From Cyanobacteria bacterium P01_A01_bin.123 (GTDB lineage: Bacteria; Cyanobacteriota; Cyanobacteriia; Phormidesmidales; Phormidesmidaceae): DNA of 64,000 bases. The notes beneath the pieces are model-generated. The model had not been told where the DNA came from, did not search any database, and worked only from the letters and a program-made list of their open reading frames with translations. Every line of letters begins with the position of its first letter. The first letter of the stretch is position 1. Below, one piece after another: positions 41,686 to 52,257 of the stretch. A program made the position numbers and the translations under genes. The stretch covers positions 1 to 64,000 of the forward strand of contig JBCBZT010000028.1 in assembly GCA_039815185.1 (NCBI GenBank). The letters are read 5' to 3'.

Positions 41686-42132
41686 TTATTTCGAGTTTTG
41701 AAGTTGAGCATGCAGTTGAGACATTAAAGACTGATACACATGCATATCAAATATTTGAAGATTATCAACACTAAATTCTCCACCAAGAATGGGATGGTTT
41801 TTCCACCCGATACACTCATTCAGATCTGGAACAATCTCGTTTTCTAGGGCAATGGGAAACCATCCAGCAATAAAGATTTCTTCGCGCCACTCGGATGATT
41901 TATTGAGCTGATTGAATTCATCCGCATTGTTGGCGACTTTTTCGTAAGCCCCTTCTAGAAGAGAGAGCACAAATAAGCTACCGTCTGGATGACCAAAAAC
42001 CCAGTCACCAAAAGCAGATAAGAACAGTGGAGTTGCATCGGTAGGAACTAGCCATGACCAATAGGGCAAACAGTCCTGTATAGCTTGTACACTTGGTTTT
42101 GTCATGAACGCTCTAGCCATTTGCTGCATCAA
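41686..42132 (-). CDS. DUF1851 / T6SS immunity Tdi1-like protein
   Basis: WSWL..SAFGDWVF, ECIGWKNHPILGGEFSVDNL. Confidence 0.65.
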   Translation of the reverse strand: MMQQMARAFMTKPSVQAIQDCLPYWSWLVPTDATPLFLSAFGDWVFGHPDGSLFVLSLLEGAYEKVANNADEFNQLNKSSEWREEIFIAGWFPIALENEIVPDLNECIGWKNHPILGGEFSVDNLQIFDMHVYQSLMSQLHAQLQNSK

Positions 42133-42806
42133 GGCACCATGCTTAAGATGTCTAATTTCTGCGTCACAATTTGCTTCAAAATCTTCAAAATTGTCTCGGC
42201 TTCGAGTTTTTCGCTGTACTCTCGCGACGATTCTAAATGCAGTACGGGGCGATCGCTTTCCATGCCGATTACCTCAGCCCTGACAAATGTCCAAATATCC
42301 GCCACGGTGTAGCAACCAAACACCGCTTGTGGATCACCGCGATCCAGTTCCCAATTCATTCGGGCAGCGGCTAAGAGTTGGCCGTAAAGCTGGTACTGGG
42401 GATTTTGGGCTTCGATGCCCCGCTTAGCTTCTAGCACCACCAAATAGGGGGCTTCAATCTCTCCCGAAAGTCCTTTGCCCAAAACCCCATCGACAATTCC
42501 TGATACTTCAAAGGTAGGATAGCTGGCTTTGAGGGCGACCTCAGCCCAAGCCTGGACAAAATCTCGCTCGGCCAGCACCAGTAAGGGATAAATCGCCCGC
42601 GCCCATACCGTGGCTTCATTCATTAACTGGGTCCGATAGTTGACCAGACGAGACTGTACATCTTGGAGCTGCCGCTGTTCATTGTCGGTTAATGACACCC
42701 CATCCACCTGCATCCAATCGCGCTTGCCAACGCCGCGATCATTGATCTCAACCAGGGGCTTCAAATCAGCTAGGGTTAGATTTGAGAATAAAAGCTGTTT
42801 CATCAC
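42129..42806 (-). CDS. Hypothetical protein with PD-(D/E)XK nuclease-like motifs
   Basis: NEAT, GIVDGVL, VLEAKR, QLYGQLLAA, GCYTVADIWTF. Confidence 0.7.
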   Translation of the reverse strand: MMKQLLFSNLTLADLKPLVEINDRGVGKRDWMQVDGVSLTDNEQRQLQDVQSRLVNYRTQLMNEATVWARAIYPLLVLAERDFVQAWAEVALKASYPTFEVSGIVDGVLGKGLSGEIEAPYLVVLEAKRGIEAQNPQYQLYGQLLAAARMNWELDRGDPQAVFGCYTVADIWTFVRAEVIGMESDRPVLHLESSREYSEKLEAETILKILKQIVTQKLDILSMVP

Positions 42807-42825
42807 AGGACTCCAAGTCGAGACG

Positions 42826-45435
42826 TTACGCGATCGCCAAAGACGGCACTGATACCTGTTTTAACTCTAGCCCCTGCTCAAAGATGTCGTTGATGGGCTG
42901 CATTTCTCCTGCCTCAGTCATAAATTTATGATCGACGGTCGCTCGGATCACAGCCCCATTGTCCAGAACATATTCAAACACTTCCTGGTGCCCTCGGTCA
43001 TGCCATTGGGCGATCGGTTGGGTGTAAACAAATCCATTGGCATCAACACTGTAAACCTGACAGTTAATCTGTTGCTCAACAATTTTGCCAATGGCCAACG
43101 GGCCGTACTCGACTGTGAGCAATGGGGTGTCATAGCTCAGGCAATATTCCGCAAACTTGACCATCTGGTCCCAGAGTTCGTCAACGGCTTTTTTGGGCAC
43201 CCCCTTCGCCACTGACCCCTCTGTAAACTGGCCTTTGTGCTTCTCCATTTCGGCCACTTTTTTCTTACCCATGGCCCGCCGCAGCAGGTCAGCTTGGCCC
43301 AGAGAATACCCGGCCATATCTTGGGCGATGCGCATGATCTGTTCTTGAAACACCATGATGCCGTAGGTTTCTTTCAAGATCGGCTCTAGAATCTGGTGGT
43401 CGTAGTCGATGCGTTCGCGTCCGTGTTTGCGGTTAATAAATTTGGGAATCAACCCCGCATCTAGCGGCCCCGGTCGGTATAGGGCCAGCACTGAAGAAAT
43501 GTCCTCTAGCCCGGAGGGTTTCAAATCCCGCACGATCTGCCGCATGCCCGACGATTCCAGCTGAAAGATGCCGCCCAAATCGCCACTTTCCAAGAGCTTG
43601 AAGGCTTTTGGATCATCTTGGGGAATGGCATCTAAATCGATATCTACCTGGTGGTGCTCAGCTACCAAATCCACCGTTTTTTGAATCATTGTTAGGTTTT
43701 TGAGGCCCAAAAAGTCCATCTTTAGCAGACCCAGGGCTTCTACATCTTCCATGTAGTATTGCGTGATCACCTGGCCGTCGTTGTTGCGCTGCAGGGGCAC
43801 AATTTCATCCAGCGGATCTTTAGAAATCACCACCCCAGCCGCGTGCATCCCAAAGGTTTTGTTCATGCCTTCAATTCGCAACGCCATGTCCAGCCAGCGG
43901 CGGGTTTGCGGATCGGTTTCGTATTTTTCTTTAAATTCTGGGGCTGGGGTATCGTCAGAAATCATCACCTTCAGCTTGGCTGGTTTGCCCCGCGCCACCG
44001 GAATCAGCTTCGCCATCCGGTCTGACTCGGCATAGGGAATATCCAACACCCGCGCCACGTCTTTGAGCACCGCTTTGGAGGTCATGCGGTTAAAGGTGAT
44101 GATCTGAGCGACTCGCTCTGTACCATAGCGTTCTCGGCAATACTCAATCACCTCATCCCGCCGTTGGATGCAGAAGTCCGTATCAATATCCGGCATGGAC
44201 TTGCGTTCAGGGTTGAGGAAGCGCTCAAACAGCAGGCCATGATGCACTGGGTCAATATTGGTAATGCCCATGGCATAAGCGACCAGCGACCCCGCCGCAC
44301 TGCCGCGCCCTGGCCCCACGGGAATCCCTTTATCGCGGGCAAATTTGATGTAGTCCCACACCACCAAGAAGTAGGTGGGGAACCCCATCTGGATCATCAT
44401 TTTGATTTCGTATTCCAGGCGATCGCGATAGATTTGATCAATCTCTTTGTAGCTGGCAGTCCCCATGCGCTCGATTAACCCCTGGCGGGCGACATGGGCC
44501 ATATAGTCTTCGGCCCCGTCAAACTCGTCTGGGATGGGGAAATCAGGGATGCGCGGCTGGCCTAAAATACCCGTGTATTCTTCGATTTTGTCGGCGATTT
44601 CAAGCGTGTTGGCAATTGATGCTTCAATTACCTCATCCGTTAGGTGATCGCGAAATAGCTGGCGCATTTCGTCAGCCGATTTGAGATATTCTGTACCGCT
44701 ATAGCGCAGTCGCTTGTCTTCGGTGATCAGCTTGCCGGTTTGAATGCACAGCAGGGCGTCGTGGGCTTCGACGTCATTGCACGAAATGTAGTGGGAGTCG
44801 TTGGTGCAAATCAGCTTGATGTCTAGTTCCTTTGCCAACCGCACGATTTGCACATTGACGATCCGATCTTCAGGGGAACCGTGGTCTTGAATTTCTAAGT
44901 AATAGTCACTGCCAAAGAGGTCTTTGTACCAGCGGGCGACCCGTTCTGCCACATCCAGTCGGCCCTGTAAAATCGCTTGGGGAATTTCGCCCCCCAGACA
45001 GGCGCTCGTGACGATTAGCCCGTCGTGATATTGCTCCAGCAGATCTTTGTTAATACAAGGGCGCGAAAAAATGCCGGAACCCTGCACCCCCTGGAGATGG
45101 GAAATCGTGGTCAACTTGACCAGGTTTTTGTAGCCCTGGGTGTTTTTGGCTAAGACCACTTGATGGTAGCGGGGCAGCTTAATTTTCTTGCCAAAGCTGT
45201 TGTACTTCTGCTGGATATCGCCATTGACGACGTACATCTCGTTGCCGATGATCGGCTTAATACCTGCTCCCTTGCAAACCTTAATCAGTTCAATCGCGCC
45301 ATACATCACCCCGTGATCGGTCAGCGCGATCGCGGGCATGTCGAGTTCTTTGGCCCGTGCGACCAACTGCGGCAACTGGCTGGCCCCGTCTAACAGGCTG
45401 TAATCGCTGTGGATGTGAAGACCAACAAAAGACAT
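42826..45435 (-). CDS. dnaE-n: DNA polymerase III alpha, N-terminal half with split intein N-part
   Basis: [41 protein letters not shown]. Confidence 0.98.
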   Translation of the reverse strand: MSFVGLHIHSDYSLLDGASQLPQLVARAKELDMPAIALTDHGVMYGAIELIKVCKGAGIKPIIGNEMYVVNGDIQQKYNSFGKKIKLPRYHQVVLAKNTQGYKNLVKLTTISHLQGVQGSGIFSRPCINKDLLEQYHDGLIVTSACLGGEIPQAILQGRLDVAERVARWYKDLFGSDYYLEIQDHGSPEDRIVNVQIVRLAKELDIKLICTNDSHYISCNDVEAHDALLCIQTGKLITEDKRLRYSGTEYLKSADEMRQLFRDHLTDEVIEASIANTLEIADKIEEYTGILGQPRIPDFPIPDEFDGAEDYMAHVARQGLIERMGTASYKEIDQIYRDRLEYEIKMMIQMGFPTYFLVVWDYIKFARDKGIPVGPGRGSAAGSLVAYAMGITNIDPVHHGLLFERFLNPERKSMPDIDTDFCIQRRDEVIEYCRERYGTERVAQIITFNRMTSKAVLKDVARVLDIPYAESDRMAKLIPVARGKPAKLKVMISDDTPAPEFKEKYETDPQTRRWLDMALRIEGMNKTFGMHAAGVVISKDPLDEIVPLQRNNDGQVITQYYMEDVEALGLLKMDFLGLKNLTMIQKTVDLVAEHHQVDIDLDAIPQDDPKAFKLLESGDLGGIFQLESSGMRQIVRDLKPSGLEDISSVLALYRPGPLDAGLIPKFINRKHGRERIDYDHQILEPILKETYGIMVFQEQIMRIAQDMAGYSLGQADLLRRAMGKKKVAEMEKHKGQFTEGSVAKGVPKKAVDELWDQMVKFAEYCLSYDTPLLTVEYGPLAIGKIVEQQINCQVYSVDANGFVYTQPIAQWHDRGHQEVFEYVLDNGAVIRATVDHKFMTEAGEMQPINDIFEQGLELKQVSVPSLAIA
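42829..43143 (-). other. DnaE split intein N-fragment (105 aa)
   Basis: [14 protein letters not shown]...QWHDRG...[11 protein letters not shown]. Confidence 0.96.
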
Positions 45436-46153
45436 AGTGATGACAACAGTCCCTAGTACAAGTTTACTGCTTTTTTTGGGTTTTATTTGGGCTGGCTGAA
45501 TCGGAGTGCAGCCAAAAGATGCATTCAGGGTAGCCGAAGTTTAGCGCTATATCTAGATCATTGGTGTGGATTTTTATGGAGTGATGCCCTAAATGTGGAT
45601 GTGGCGGAGATTAAGTGGGCGATCGCATATAACCCCCCACATTTCGCCAGGTTTGTCCAGCATGTGAGGCCCCTATTGAAATTCCTCGGATATCTTGAGA
45701 TCTTAAATGTAAGCTAAAGAGTATTGCAGCTTGGGGATAATCCTGGGCATATGTAATCCATCCTCTAGGTTTGTAGTAGACACTGATGGAAATGCTTGGC
45801 ATAAGAATTAGGCATGTCAGATTAAAGGCAATGTCTTTTTGTGTTATCGAACACTCGTTTCAGTATCTCAGCACACGAACTCAAAATCGATGCCTTTTAT
45901 GTGCTTGAATTACTGACTTAGATGCCTCAAAGTGTCAATTTTCCTCGGGAAAAAGGATAGTCAAAGCTATATTCTTAAACAATAGGTATGCATATCAAGT
46001 GATTACCTTCAAGTGGTTTTTAAGTAAAGCAATCTTAAGGATTAAACTACTGGTAAACAAGAATTACAAAGCTTTTCATTTGACTTGATTAGGTTCAATC
46101 GCTCCTGTTACGATGCTGCTTAACCCCTGGTTTTAGGATGTTAGGCTAGAGAA

Positions 46154-46456
46154 ATGAGACAGCAGCAGGCCCACTATTTGAGCGTTATTAAAAGAGACTT
46201 GGCCGAGTCAAATACAAATGCAAAGATTAAGGCGATCGCCGTCAGAGCTGTTCTAGACTATTGGCGGAAGATGGGCCTAACAGGAGCAGATCTGCTAAGG
46301 CACACGTTAACGCTGAGGTTGCAAATTACCGCATCTAGTTTTGCAGAGAACCATGCCTTGGCCTCAAAATATGTTCAGAGACTCGAAGCGTTTTGGGCTG
46401 GAGATGTTATTGGATCCTTGCTGGAAGATGATGTGCGCAGCCTATCCGAGATCTGA
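46154..46456 (+). CDS. Hypothetical protein
   Basis: 100-aa ORF with ATG start after an AT-rich promoter-like stretch. Confidence 0.5.
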   Translation: MRQQQAHYLSVIKRDLAESNTNAKIKAIAVRAVLDYWRKMGLTGADLLRHTLTLRLQITASSFAENHALASKYVQRLEAFWAGDVIGSLLEDDVRSLSEI

Positions 46457-46620
46457 TAGCAGGTTGATTTTTTGTAGGGCCAACACCGCTCAAGCTTGCA
46501 TTGTGCATGAACCAAGACAGATGTCTCGGCGTTGATTTTTACGGAAGGAGCCGATAGGTCACCCCAAGAGTAAATTTTTGTAACACAATAGAAATGTGCA
46601 GCGCTTTTACTCATGTGACT

Positions 46621-48030
46621 ATGAAGGCTATCCAAGACGCAATCGCCCCTGAAGTTTCAACTCTGGCGGTGTTACCCATCGGTGGTTCTGACCCCAATAA
46701 GTTTGACTGGGCTGAGGCTTGGTACCCCATTCACTATGTTGAAGATTTGGATAAAGATAGGCCTAACCGCTTTACCCTGCTAGAGCAGGATTTAGTCATC
46801 TGGTGGGATCCTAAAACTGAGGCTTGGCGGGTTTTTGAAGACCAATGTCCCCATCGCTTAGCTCCACTGTCTGAAGGTCGAGTCAACGAAGCCGGACTGT
46901 TAGAATGCCCATATCATGGTTGGGCTTTCTCGGGTAGCGGCGCGTGTGAAACCATTCCACAGCAACCTGATGAGGTCCAGGCCAATCTATCTTCACGGGC
47001 CTGCGTGACTGCTCTGCCGACTGCGATTCGGCAAGGGTTGCTCTTTGTCTATCCCGGCAACGTTGAAAATGCCCCTGAAGTGCCGATTCCAATTATTGAT
47101 CCGGTTGAGGAAGCGCCTGATGGTTGGGTGATGCTCAACACCTTTCGTGACTTGCCCTACGATGCGCTGACGCTGCTAGAGAATGTGATCGACGCTAGCC
47201 ACATCCCCTACACCCACCACAAAACCGTCGGTAAACGCGAAAACGCTGCGCCGGTGGTGATGGAAGTTTTGGAGTCGGGGAAGCAGGGATTTCAAGGCAT
47301 CTGGCCGGAAGGCCCACGCAAAGGGGCCCTGGGTACGCAGCATACCCGCTTCATTGCTCCAGCGATGATGTACCACGACCTGACCTCAAAGCAGTTTGGT
47401 CGGACGCTTACCGTGGTGTATGCGGTGCCGACGCGCAAGGGCGAGTGTCGCCTATTCGCCCGCTTTCCGTTTAAGTTTTCGTCAAAGCTACCGGGCTTCT
47501 TTATCAAGCTCACCCCCCGCTGGTTGAGTCATGTTAGCAACAACCGGGTTTTAGAAGACGATCAAATCTTTTTACATATTCAAGAACGAATGCTGGCTAA
47601 GGCAGGCGACAAACCCTATGCCCAAGCTTGCTTTTTGCCGACTCAAGCCGATCGATATGTGACGGAACTGCGTAACTGGGTTAACAACTTTAGGGCCGAT
47701 CCATTTCCTGAGGCACCCTTACCCAAGGAGTTGTCGAAGGAAACCCTCCTCGATCGCTATCATTCCCATACTCAGCATTGCAGCAGTTGTCGCAATGCAC
47801 TAAAGCGGATTCAGCAGATTCGCAAAGGTGCATTGATTGTGAGTGCAGTTTTGTGGTCATCAATTCCCTTGGTAATGGCGTTGGTGGGGTCATTCACAGT
47901 GCTAATGGGTGTCTTGCTAACTGGTGTTCCTCTGATTTCAGCAATCCTGTGGTTCTATCTCGGTGACCTTGAACGTAAGTTCTATGAAGGACAAGACATT
48001 CCACCCCGAAATTTACCTGGGAACAAATAG
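46621..48030 (+). CDS. Rieske 2Fe-2S oxygenase, pheophorbide a oxygenase-like
   Basis: CPHRLAPLS, CPYHGW, ENVIDASHIPYTH, HCSSC, C-terminal TM segments. Confidence 0.9.
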   Translation: MKAIQDAIAPEVSTLAVLPIGGSDPNKFDWAEAWYPIHYVEDLDKDRPNRFTLLEQDLVIWWDPKTEAWRVFEDQCPHRLAPLSEGRVNEAGLLECPYHGWAFSGSGACETIPQQPDEVQANLSSRACVTALPTAIRQGLLFVYPGNVENAPEVPIPIIDPVEEAPDGWVMLNTFRDLPYDALTLLENVIDASHIPYTHHKTVGKRENAAPVVMEVLESGKQGFQGIWPEGPRKGALGTQHTRFIAPAMMYHDLTSKQFGRTLTVVYAVPTRKGECRLFARFPFKFSSKLPGFFIKLTPRWLSHVSNNRVLEDDQIFLHIQERMLAKAGDKPYAQACFLPTQADRYVTELRNWVNNFRADPFPEAPLPKELSKETLLDRYHSHTQHCSSCRNALKRIQQIRKGALIVSAVLWSSIPLVMALVGSFTVLMGVLLTGVPLISAILWFYLGDLERKFYEGQDIPPRNLPGNK

Positions 48031-48132
48031 GCCATATTTTGAGGGGTTATATGGATTTGGATGTGGGTAGGATTTATCTGAGAGCCAGTATGATGAAAGG
48101 GCAATCAGGATGGGAGTAATGGGGCGTTCACA

Positions 48133-48804
48133 GTGCAGCAATTTTTGCACAACCAAAATCCAGTCACGATTTACCCTGATAGCGATGGTCAACCCATGGC
48201 TGATAATACCCGTCAGTTTCGGTGGATCGTCACCATAAAAGAAAACCTGGAACTGTTGTTTGCAGATCGAGACGGCGTTTTTGTGGCAGGAGATTTGCTG
48301 TGGTATCCAGTTGAGGGCAATAACCTCATTCGCCAAGCCCCCGATGTCATGGTGGTAGTGGGTTGTCCCAAGGGCGATCGCGGTTCATACCAACAGTGGA
48401 AAGAAAATAATCTGACGCCGCAGGTTGTCTTCGAGATTCTCTCTCCGGGTAATCGACTCAAGGAGATGACGAAAAAATTCAAGTTCTATGATCGCTATGG
48501 GGTTGAAGAATACTATCTCTATGATCCCGAGAGCTTAGACTTAGCAGGCTGGTTACGAACTGAAGGCGAATTTGAACCGATTGAGGAGATGCAAGGGTGG
48601 GTGAGTCCTAGGTTGGGCATCCGGTTTAGATTAACATCAGTCGATTTGGAGTTATATCAGCCCAATGGCGATCGCTTTTTGACTTTTGTTGAACTGGCAC
48701 AGCAGCGCACCCAGGAACAGCAACAGCGTGTGGCCGTTGAACAAAAACTGTCTGAAACTGAAAGCTTACTGGCTCGTTATCGAGAAAAATTTGGAGATTT
48801 GTAG
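48133..48804 (+). CDS. Uma2 family endonuclease
   Basis: YPDSDGQPMADN, APDVMV, VVFEILSPGN, YGVEEYY. Confidence 0.92.
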   Translation: MQQFLHNQNPVTIYPDSDGQPMADNTRQFRWIVTIKENLELLFADRDGVFVAGDLLWYPVEGNNLIRQAPDVMVVVGCPKGDRGSYQQWKENNLTPQVVFEILSPGNRLKEMTKKFKFYDRYGVEEYYLYDPESLDLAGWLRTEGEFEPIEEMQGWVSPRLGIRFRLTSVDLELYQPNGDRFLTFVELAQQRTQEQQQRVAVEQKLSETESLLARYREKFGDL

Positions 48805-48990
48805 CCCTCCACAATTACCCAATCGGCCCAAGCGTAGACAAAATCCAAATCGTGAGTTGCGATAACGGTGGTGGTTCCTGTGGCATGAATGTGCGCTAAT
48901 AGCTGAAACAGTGTGCGGGTCTGGCAGGGGTCGAGATAAGCCGTGGGTTCATCCATCAACAGTAGCTCGGGCTGGAGCACCATGTCTCCA
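48805..48990 (-). pseudogene. cbiO: Internal fragment of an ECF ATPase (CbiO-like)
   Basis: PELLLMDEPTAYLD and VIATHDLDFVYAWAD present; Walker A absent. Confidence 0.75.
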
Positions 48991-49524
48991 AGCCAACACG
49001 CCATGTACCCCGCTCAACAGGACGGCCCACAATGCGTTGCCTAAAAAGATCTGCCACAGCATGGCAAGGGTAAAGCCATGGACGCCGCCCAGGGCAAACC
49101 CGGCCAGCCAAATCACTAATTCATAGAGGCAAAACCCTAGAATAAGGCACCCGCTCAACCACAGGCTGTACCCGATGGGATCCTGGCGAAAGGGGAAACG
49201 CGTAGAAGCTAGGAGTAATGCCAGGAGGGCACCCAACAGCATCACCCCACCCCAGGCAAAGGTGCTCACCGTGTAGGGATACCCCCGCACCGTAAAGCCC
49301 AAAAGCTGATTCACTAGCCACATTGCAAGCAGCACTACCACTGCCTTGCGTCGGGGTAGCGTAGCCCCCGCCAAGATACCAATGCCAACGAGCGGTACGG
49401 TGCAGTAATAGAGCACATTGCTGGTACTGGCCGCTGCCAAGAGGCCGTAATACCAAGCCCGACTGCCAAAGAGAAAATAGCTACCGCGTTGCCATGGCGT
49501 TTGTAAAGTTGCGGTCTGTATCAT
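48949..49524 (-). CDS. Hypothetical integral membrane protein, possible ECF S-component
   Basis: About six TM segments; ATGA overlap with cbiN. Confidence 0.65.
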   Translation of the reverse strand: MIQTATLQTPWQRGSYFLFGSRAWYYGLLAAASTSNVLYYCTVPLVGIGILAGATLPRRKAVVVLLAMWLVNQLLGFTVRGYPYTVSTFAWGGVMLLGALLALLLASTRFPFRQDPIGYSLWLSGCLILGFCLYELVIWLAGFALGGVHGFTLAMLWQIFLGNALWAVLLSGVHGVLAWRHGAPARATVDG

Positions 49525-49823
49525 GACCTTTCCTCCGAGTGATGGCGTTCACGGCGACCCCGATAAAGCCCAATCACGTAACCGATCACCCCGGTACCCA
49601 TGGCAGCGTGGGAGACAAATAAGAGGCTTTCTACTTCGTCACTGGGTAGCTCAAGGATACTGCCAAACCAGGGTTCATAATCGGGTTGAATTTCACCAAT
49701 GGCATCTTCAGCTTCGCCGTCAGCGCCGCCATATTCAACCTGTACAAAAATTAGCGGCAGCGCTGCTAGGGCGATTACAGCGAGCACGATCAGCCAGTTG
49801 CCTTGGGATTTAAGAGTTTTCAT
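49521..49823 (-). CDS. cbiN: Cobalt transport protein CbiN
   Basis: YGGADGEAE..YEPWF..EVESLLF..GVIGYVIG. Confidence 0.88.
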   Translation of the reverse strand: MKTLKSQGNWLIVLAVIALAALPLIFVQVEYGGADGEAEDAIGEIQPDYEPWFGSILELPSDEVESLLFVSHAAMGTGVIGYVIGLYRGRRERHHSEERS

Positions 49824-49930
49824 GGTGATTTGGGAGATGGGGGCAAGGGGGCAGAGGGAGCAGGGGAAGGGGCTTTTTGAAAATGGGGTTGGAAGTGCTG
49901 GTTGGGCTCACTCTTTGGGCGACTGTTACC

Positions 49931-50992
49931 CTAAGCCGCGATCGCTTGGGAAATAGCCACGCCATCTAACCCGTGGCCAATGAACACCAGCCGGGTGGTG
50001 CGGGGCTCAGCGGCCTGCCAGGGGCGATCATAAAATTGGTCAAACCGTTGTCCCACCCCCTGCAAAACCAGACGCATCGCCTTGTTGGGGACGGCGACAA
50101 AGCCTTTGATCCGGTAGATTTCTTGCGCTTGCACCAGCGCTCGTAAACGGTCAACTAGCGCCGTGGGGTCAAAGGTTTGCTCAAGTTCTACGCAGATTGA
50201 GTTGATGTCGTCATCGTGTTCGTGATCCTCTTCACTGTCGTGATGGCTGGGACGGCTGTCGAGGTTGTCTTCCACAGCGGCATTGAAGCCCAACAGCACG
50301 TCTGAGCTGATTTCACCGTTTTGGCAAGGTACGATCTTGACGCCGTTGGGCACCTGCTGGTGGAGCCATTGCTGAACGCGATCGCGCCCTTCAGTCTCCA
50401 TCACGTCCATCTTGGTTAGCAGCACCATATCAGCACAAGCCAGCTGATCTTCAAACAGCTCTTCAATCGGCGTTTCATGCTCTAAACTATCGTCGGCTTG
50501 GCGTTGGGCTTCTAGCGCCTCCAAGTCGCCCACCAGTTGACCCTTGATCAGCGCGTCCCCATCTACAACGGTAACGACCCCATCCACCGTGGCACCCGTG
50601 CGAATTTCCGGCCACCGGAAGGCTTGCACGAGGGGTTTCGGCAAGGCCAGCCCTGACGTTTCAATCACAATGCTGTCAATTTGGTCGCGTCGTTTCAAGA
50701 GGGCTTGCATCGTCGGCAAAAATTCCTCTTGCACAGTGCAGCAAAGGCAGCCGTTGGCCAGTTCTAGAATATTGCTGTCTGGGTTGTTTCTGTCTGAATT
50801 GTCACTGGCCTCGTCTTCCTCATCGCAAACCTGGCAAGATCGCAGCAGCTCACCGTCAATGCCCACTTCGCCAAATTCATTGACGATGACGGCAATGCGA
50901 CGACCTTGATTGTGCTGCAATAGGTGACGCACCAATGTGGTCTTACCTGACCCCAGAAAGCCAGTGACCACGGTAACCGGAATTTTATGCAT
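49931..50992 (-). CDS. cobW: Cobalamin biosynthesis GTPase CobW
   Basis: TGFLGSGKTT, NEFGE, GCLCCTV, ETSGLALPKPL. Confidence 0.93.
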   Translation of the reverse strand: MHKIPVTVVTGFLGSGKTTLVRHLLQHNQGRRIAVIVNEFGEVGIDGELLRSCQVCDEEDEASDNSDRNNPDSNILELANGCLCCTVQEEFLPTMQALLKRRDQIDSIVIETSGLALPKPLVQAFRWPEIRTGATVDGVVTVVDGDALIKGQLVGDLEALEAQRQADDSLEHETPIEELFEDQLACADMVLLTKMDVMETEGRDRVQQWLHQQVPNGVKIVPCQNGEISSDVLLGFNAAVEDNLDSRPSHHDSEEDHEHDDDINSICVELEQTFDPTALVDRLRALVQAQEIYRIKGFVAVPNKAMRLVLQGVGQRFDQFYDRPWQAAEPRTTRLVFIGHGLDGVAISQAIAA

Positions 50993-51380
50993 GGGAGTCA
51001 TTCTCCTGAGGTAAAGGGGGTAAAACAAAGGCGGTTGCCTCCCGAATGGTCGCCGAGCGATCGCGGTAGGGCACCTTGCCATCGGCACAGGCGGTATATT
51101 GCTGACAAAATTCTGATAGGGCCGTTGCCGCTTCCGTTGGCGGCAGCTGACTGAGGATAAAGGTCAGCTTATCGGGGGCGGCTAAAGTGACGTTACAGGC
51201 TTGCTCACAAGCCGCCATACAGCGCAGTGGCCGGAGATGGACATTTGTATGTAAGTTTCGAGCGGCTAATTCTGTCTGTAATTGGTTGATCAAATACTGT
51301 CCTCCAGAGATGCCATCTCGACTTTTTTCATCGGCAGAAAATCGGCAGAGGGAACAAACGAACAAGGTGGTTTGGGTCAT
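50985..51380 (-). CDS. DUF1636 family metal-binding protein
   Basis: LFVCSLC, CMAACEQAC, DGKVPYRDR. Confidence 0.8.
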   Translation of the reverse strand: MTQTTLFVCSLCRFSADEKSRDGISGGQYLINQLQTELAARNLHTNVHLRPLRCMAACEQACNVTLAAPDKLTFILSQLPPTEAATALSEFCQQYTACADGKVPYRDRSATIREATAFVLPPLPQENDSHA

Positions 51381-51423
51381 CTTTGCAAAATCTATAAGTA
51401 ATTGAGGTCAATTCAGTCGAGGC

Positions 51424-51888
51424 TTAAGCGTCATCATCTGCGCCGTCTGCCATGGGTAACGGGAGCGTAAATTCATCCCAACGATGACGCACCTGGCGAT
51501 AACATTCCGGTGGGGTGAGCGCCAATTGTTTGAGCAACTGAATATCGGTCTGACCGTTCCCCAGCATGAGTAGCAGCATGTCTTGCTCAGGGCGATAGGT
51601 CTGAACCGTACTCAGTAGGTGAGGGATTGATCCGGCTTCTATCGCTAGACCTCTCAAATATGCGGGCACCTGGCTCTCGGCTATGAAGTGCAGGGTGTAT
51701 TGCACCAGGTCACGGCTCCAGTCAACCGATGCAATATCAACCATGCTCAGATCACAGACCACCACGCCGCGTCCTTGGGTGAGCCACCCCTGCCAAGCGG
51801 CATGTCCTAAGGGCAGCAGATTTTCTTGAATAAACAGGGGTTGCCAATAGCCAAAGCAACCCTGCCAAACGCTATCTTTAACGCGCAT
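51424..51888 (-). CDS. Conserved cyanobacterial hypothetical protein
   Basis: AWQGWLTQGRGVVVC, YRPEQD, TPPECY..RWDEF. Confidence 0.7.
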   Translation of the reverse strand: MRVKDSVWQGCFGYWQPLFIQENLLPLGHAAWQGWLTQGRGVVVCDLSMVDIASVDWSRDLVQYTLHFIAESQVPAYLRGLAIEAGSIPHLLSTVQTYRPEQDMLLLMLGNGQTDIQLLKQLALTPPECYRQVRHRWDEFTLPLPMADGADDDA

Positions 51889-51892
51889 AATT

Positions 51893-52222
51893 TTAGGAAA
51901 CCAGCGGCCCCATCTCAGCCCCGACGATTGCCTCGCCATAGGCATAGCCGTGGAAAATGATCCGGCTGCGACCCATCGCCGCAGCCAATAGCCCTGCCGC
52001 AATCACAAAAGCCAGGTAATCGAGTCCGGTTACCGAGTGCCCGATGCCGGACAAAAATCTCTCAAACAGAATATCGGGCGTTTCTCCACCAAAGGGGTGG
52101 TGAGCTAACACGAGTACCAGGCTGAAGAGGAGACCCGCGATCGCTAAAAATGCTGCCAACTTAACTCGCCCCAATGGGCTTTTAGCCTTGATAAACGCCA
52201 AGGCTGCACGATATTGATTCAT
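51893..52222 (-). pseudogene. hupE: HupE/UreJ-family cobalt transporter, internally deleted and truncated
   Basis: AHHPFGGETP..SGIGH..GLDYLAF joined almost directly to FHGYAYGE, then an early stop. Confidence 0.8.
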
Positions 52223-52257
52223 CCGTACCTCGCAGACGAATAAAGAACAGATTGACC

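Noticed and set aside
45436..46150. Short ORFs upstream of dnaE-n
   Set aside because: No recognisable motifs; cannot be supported.
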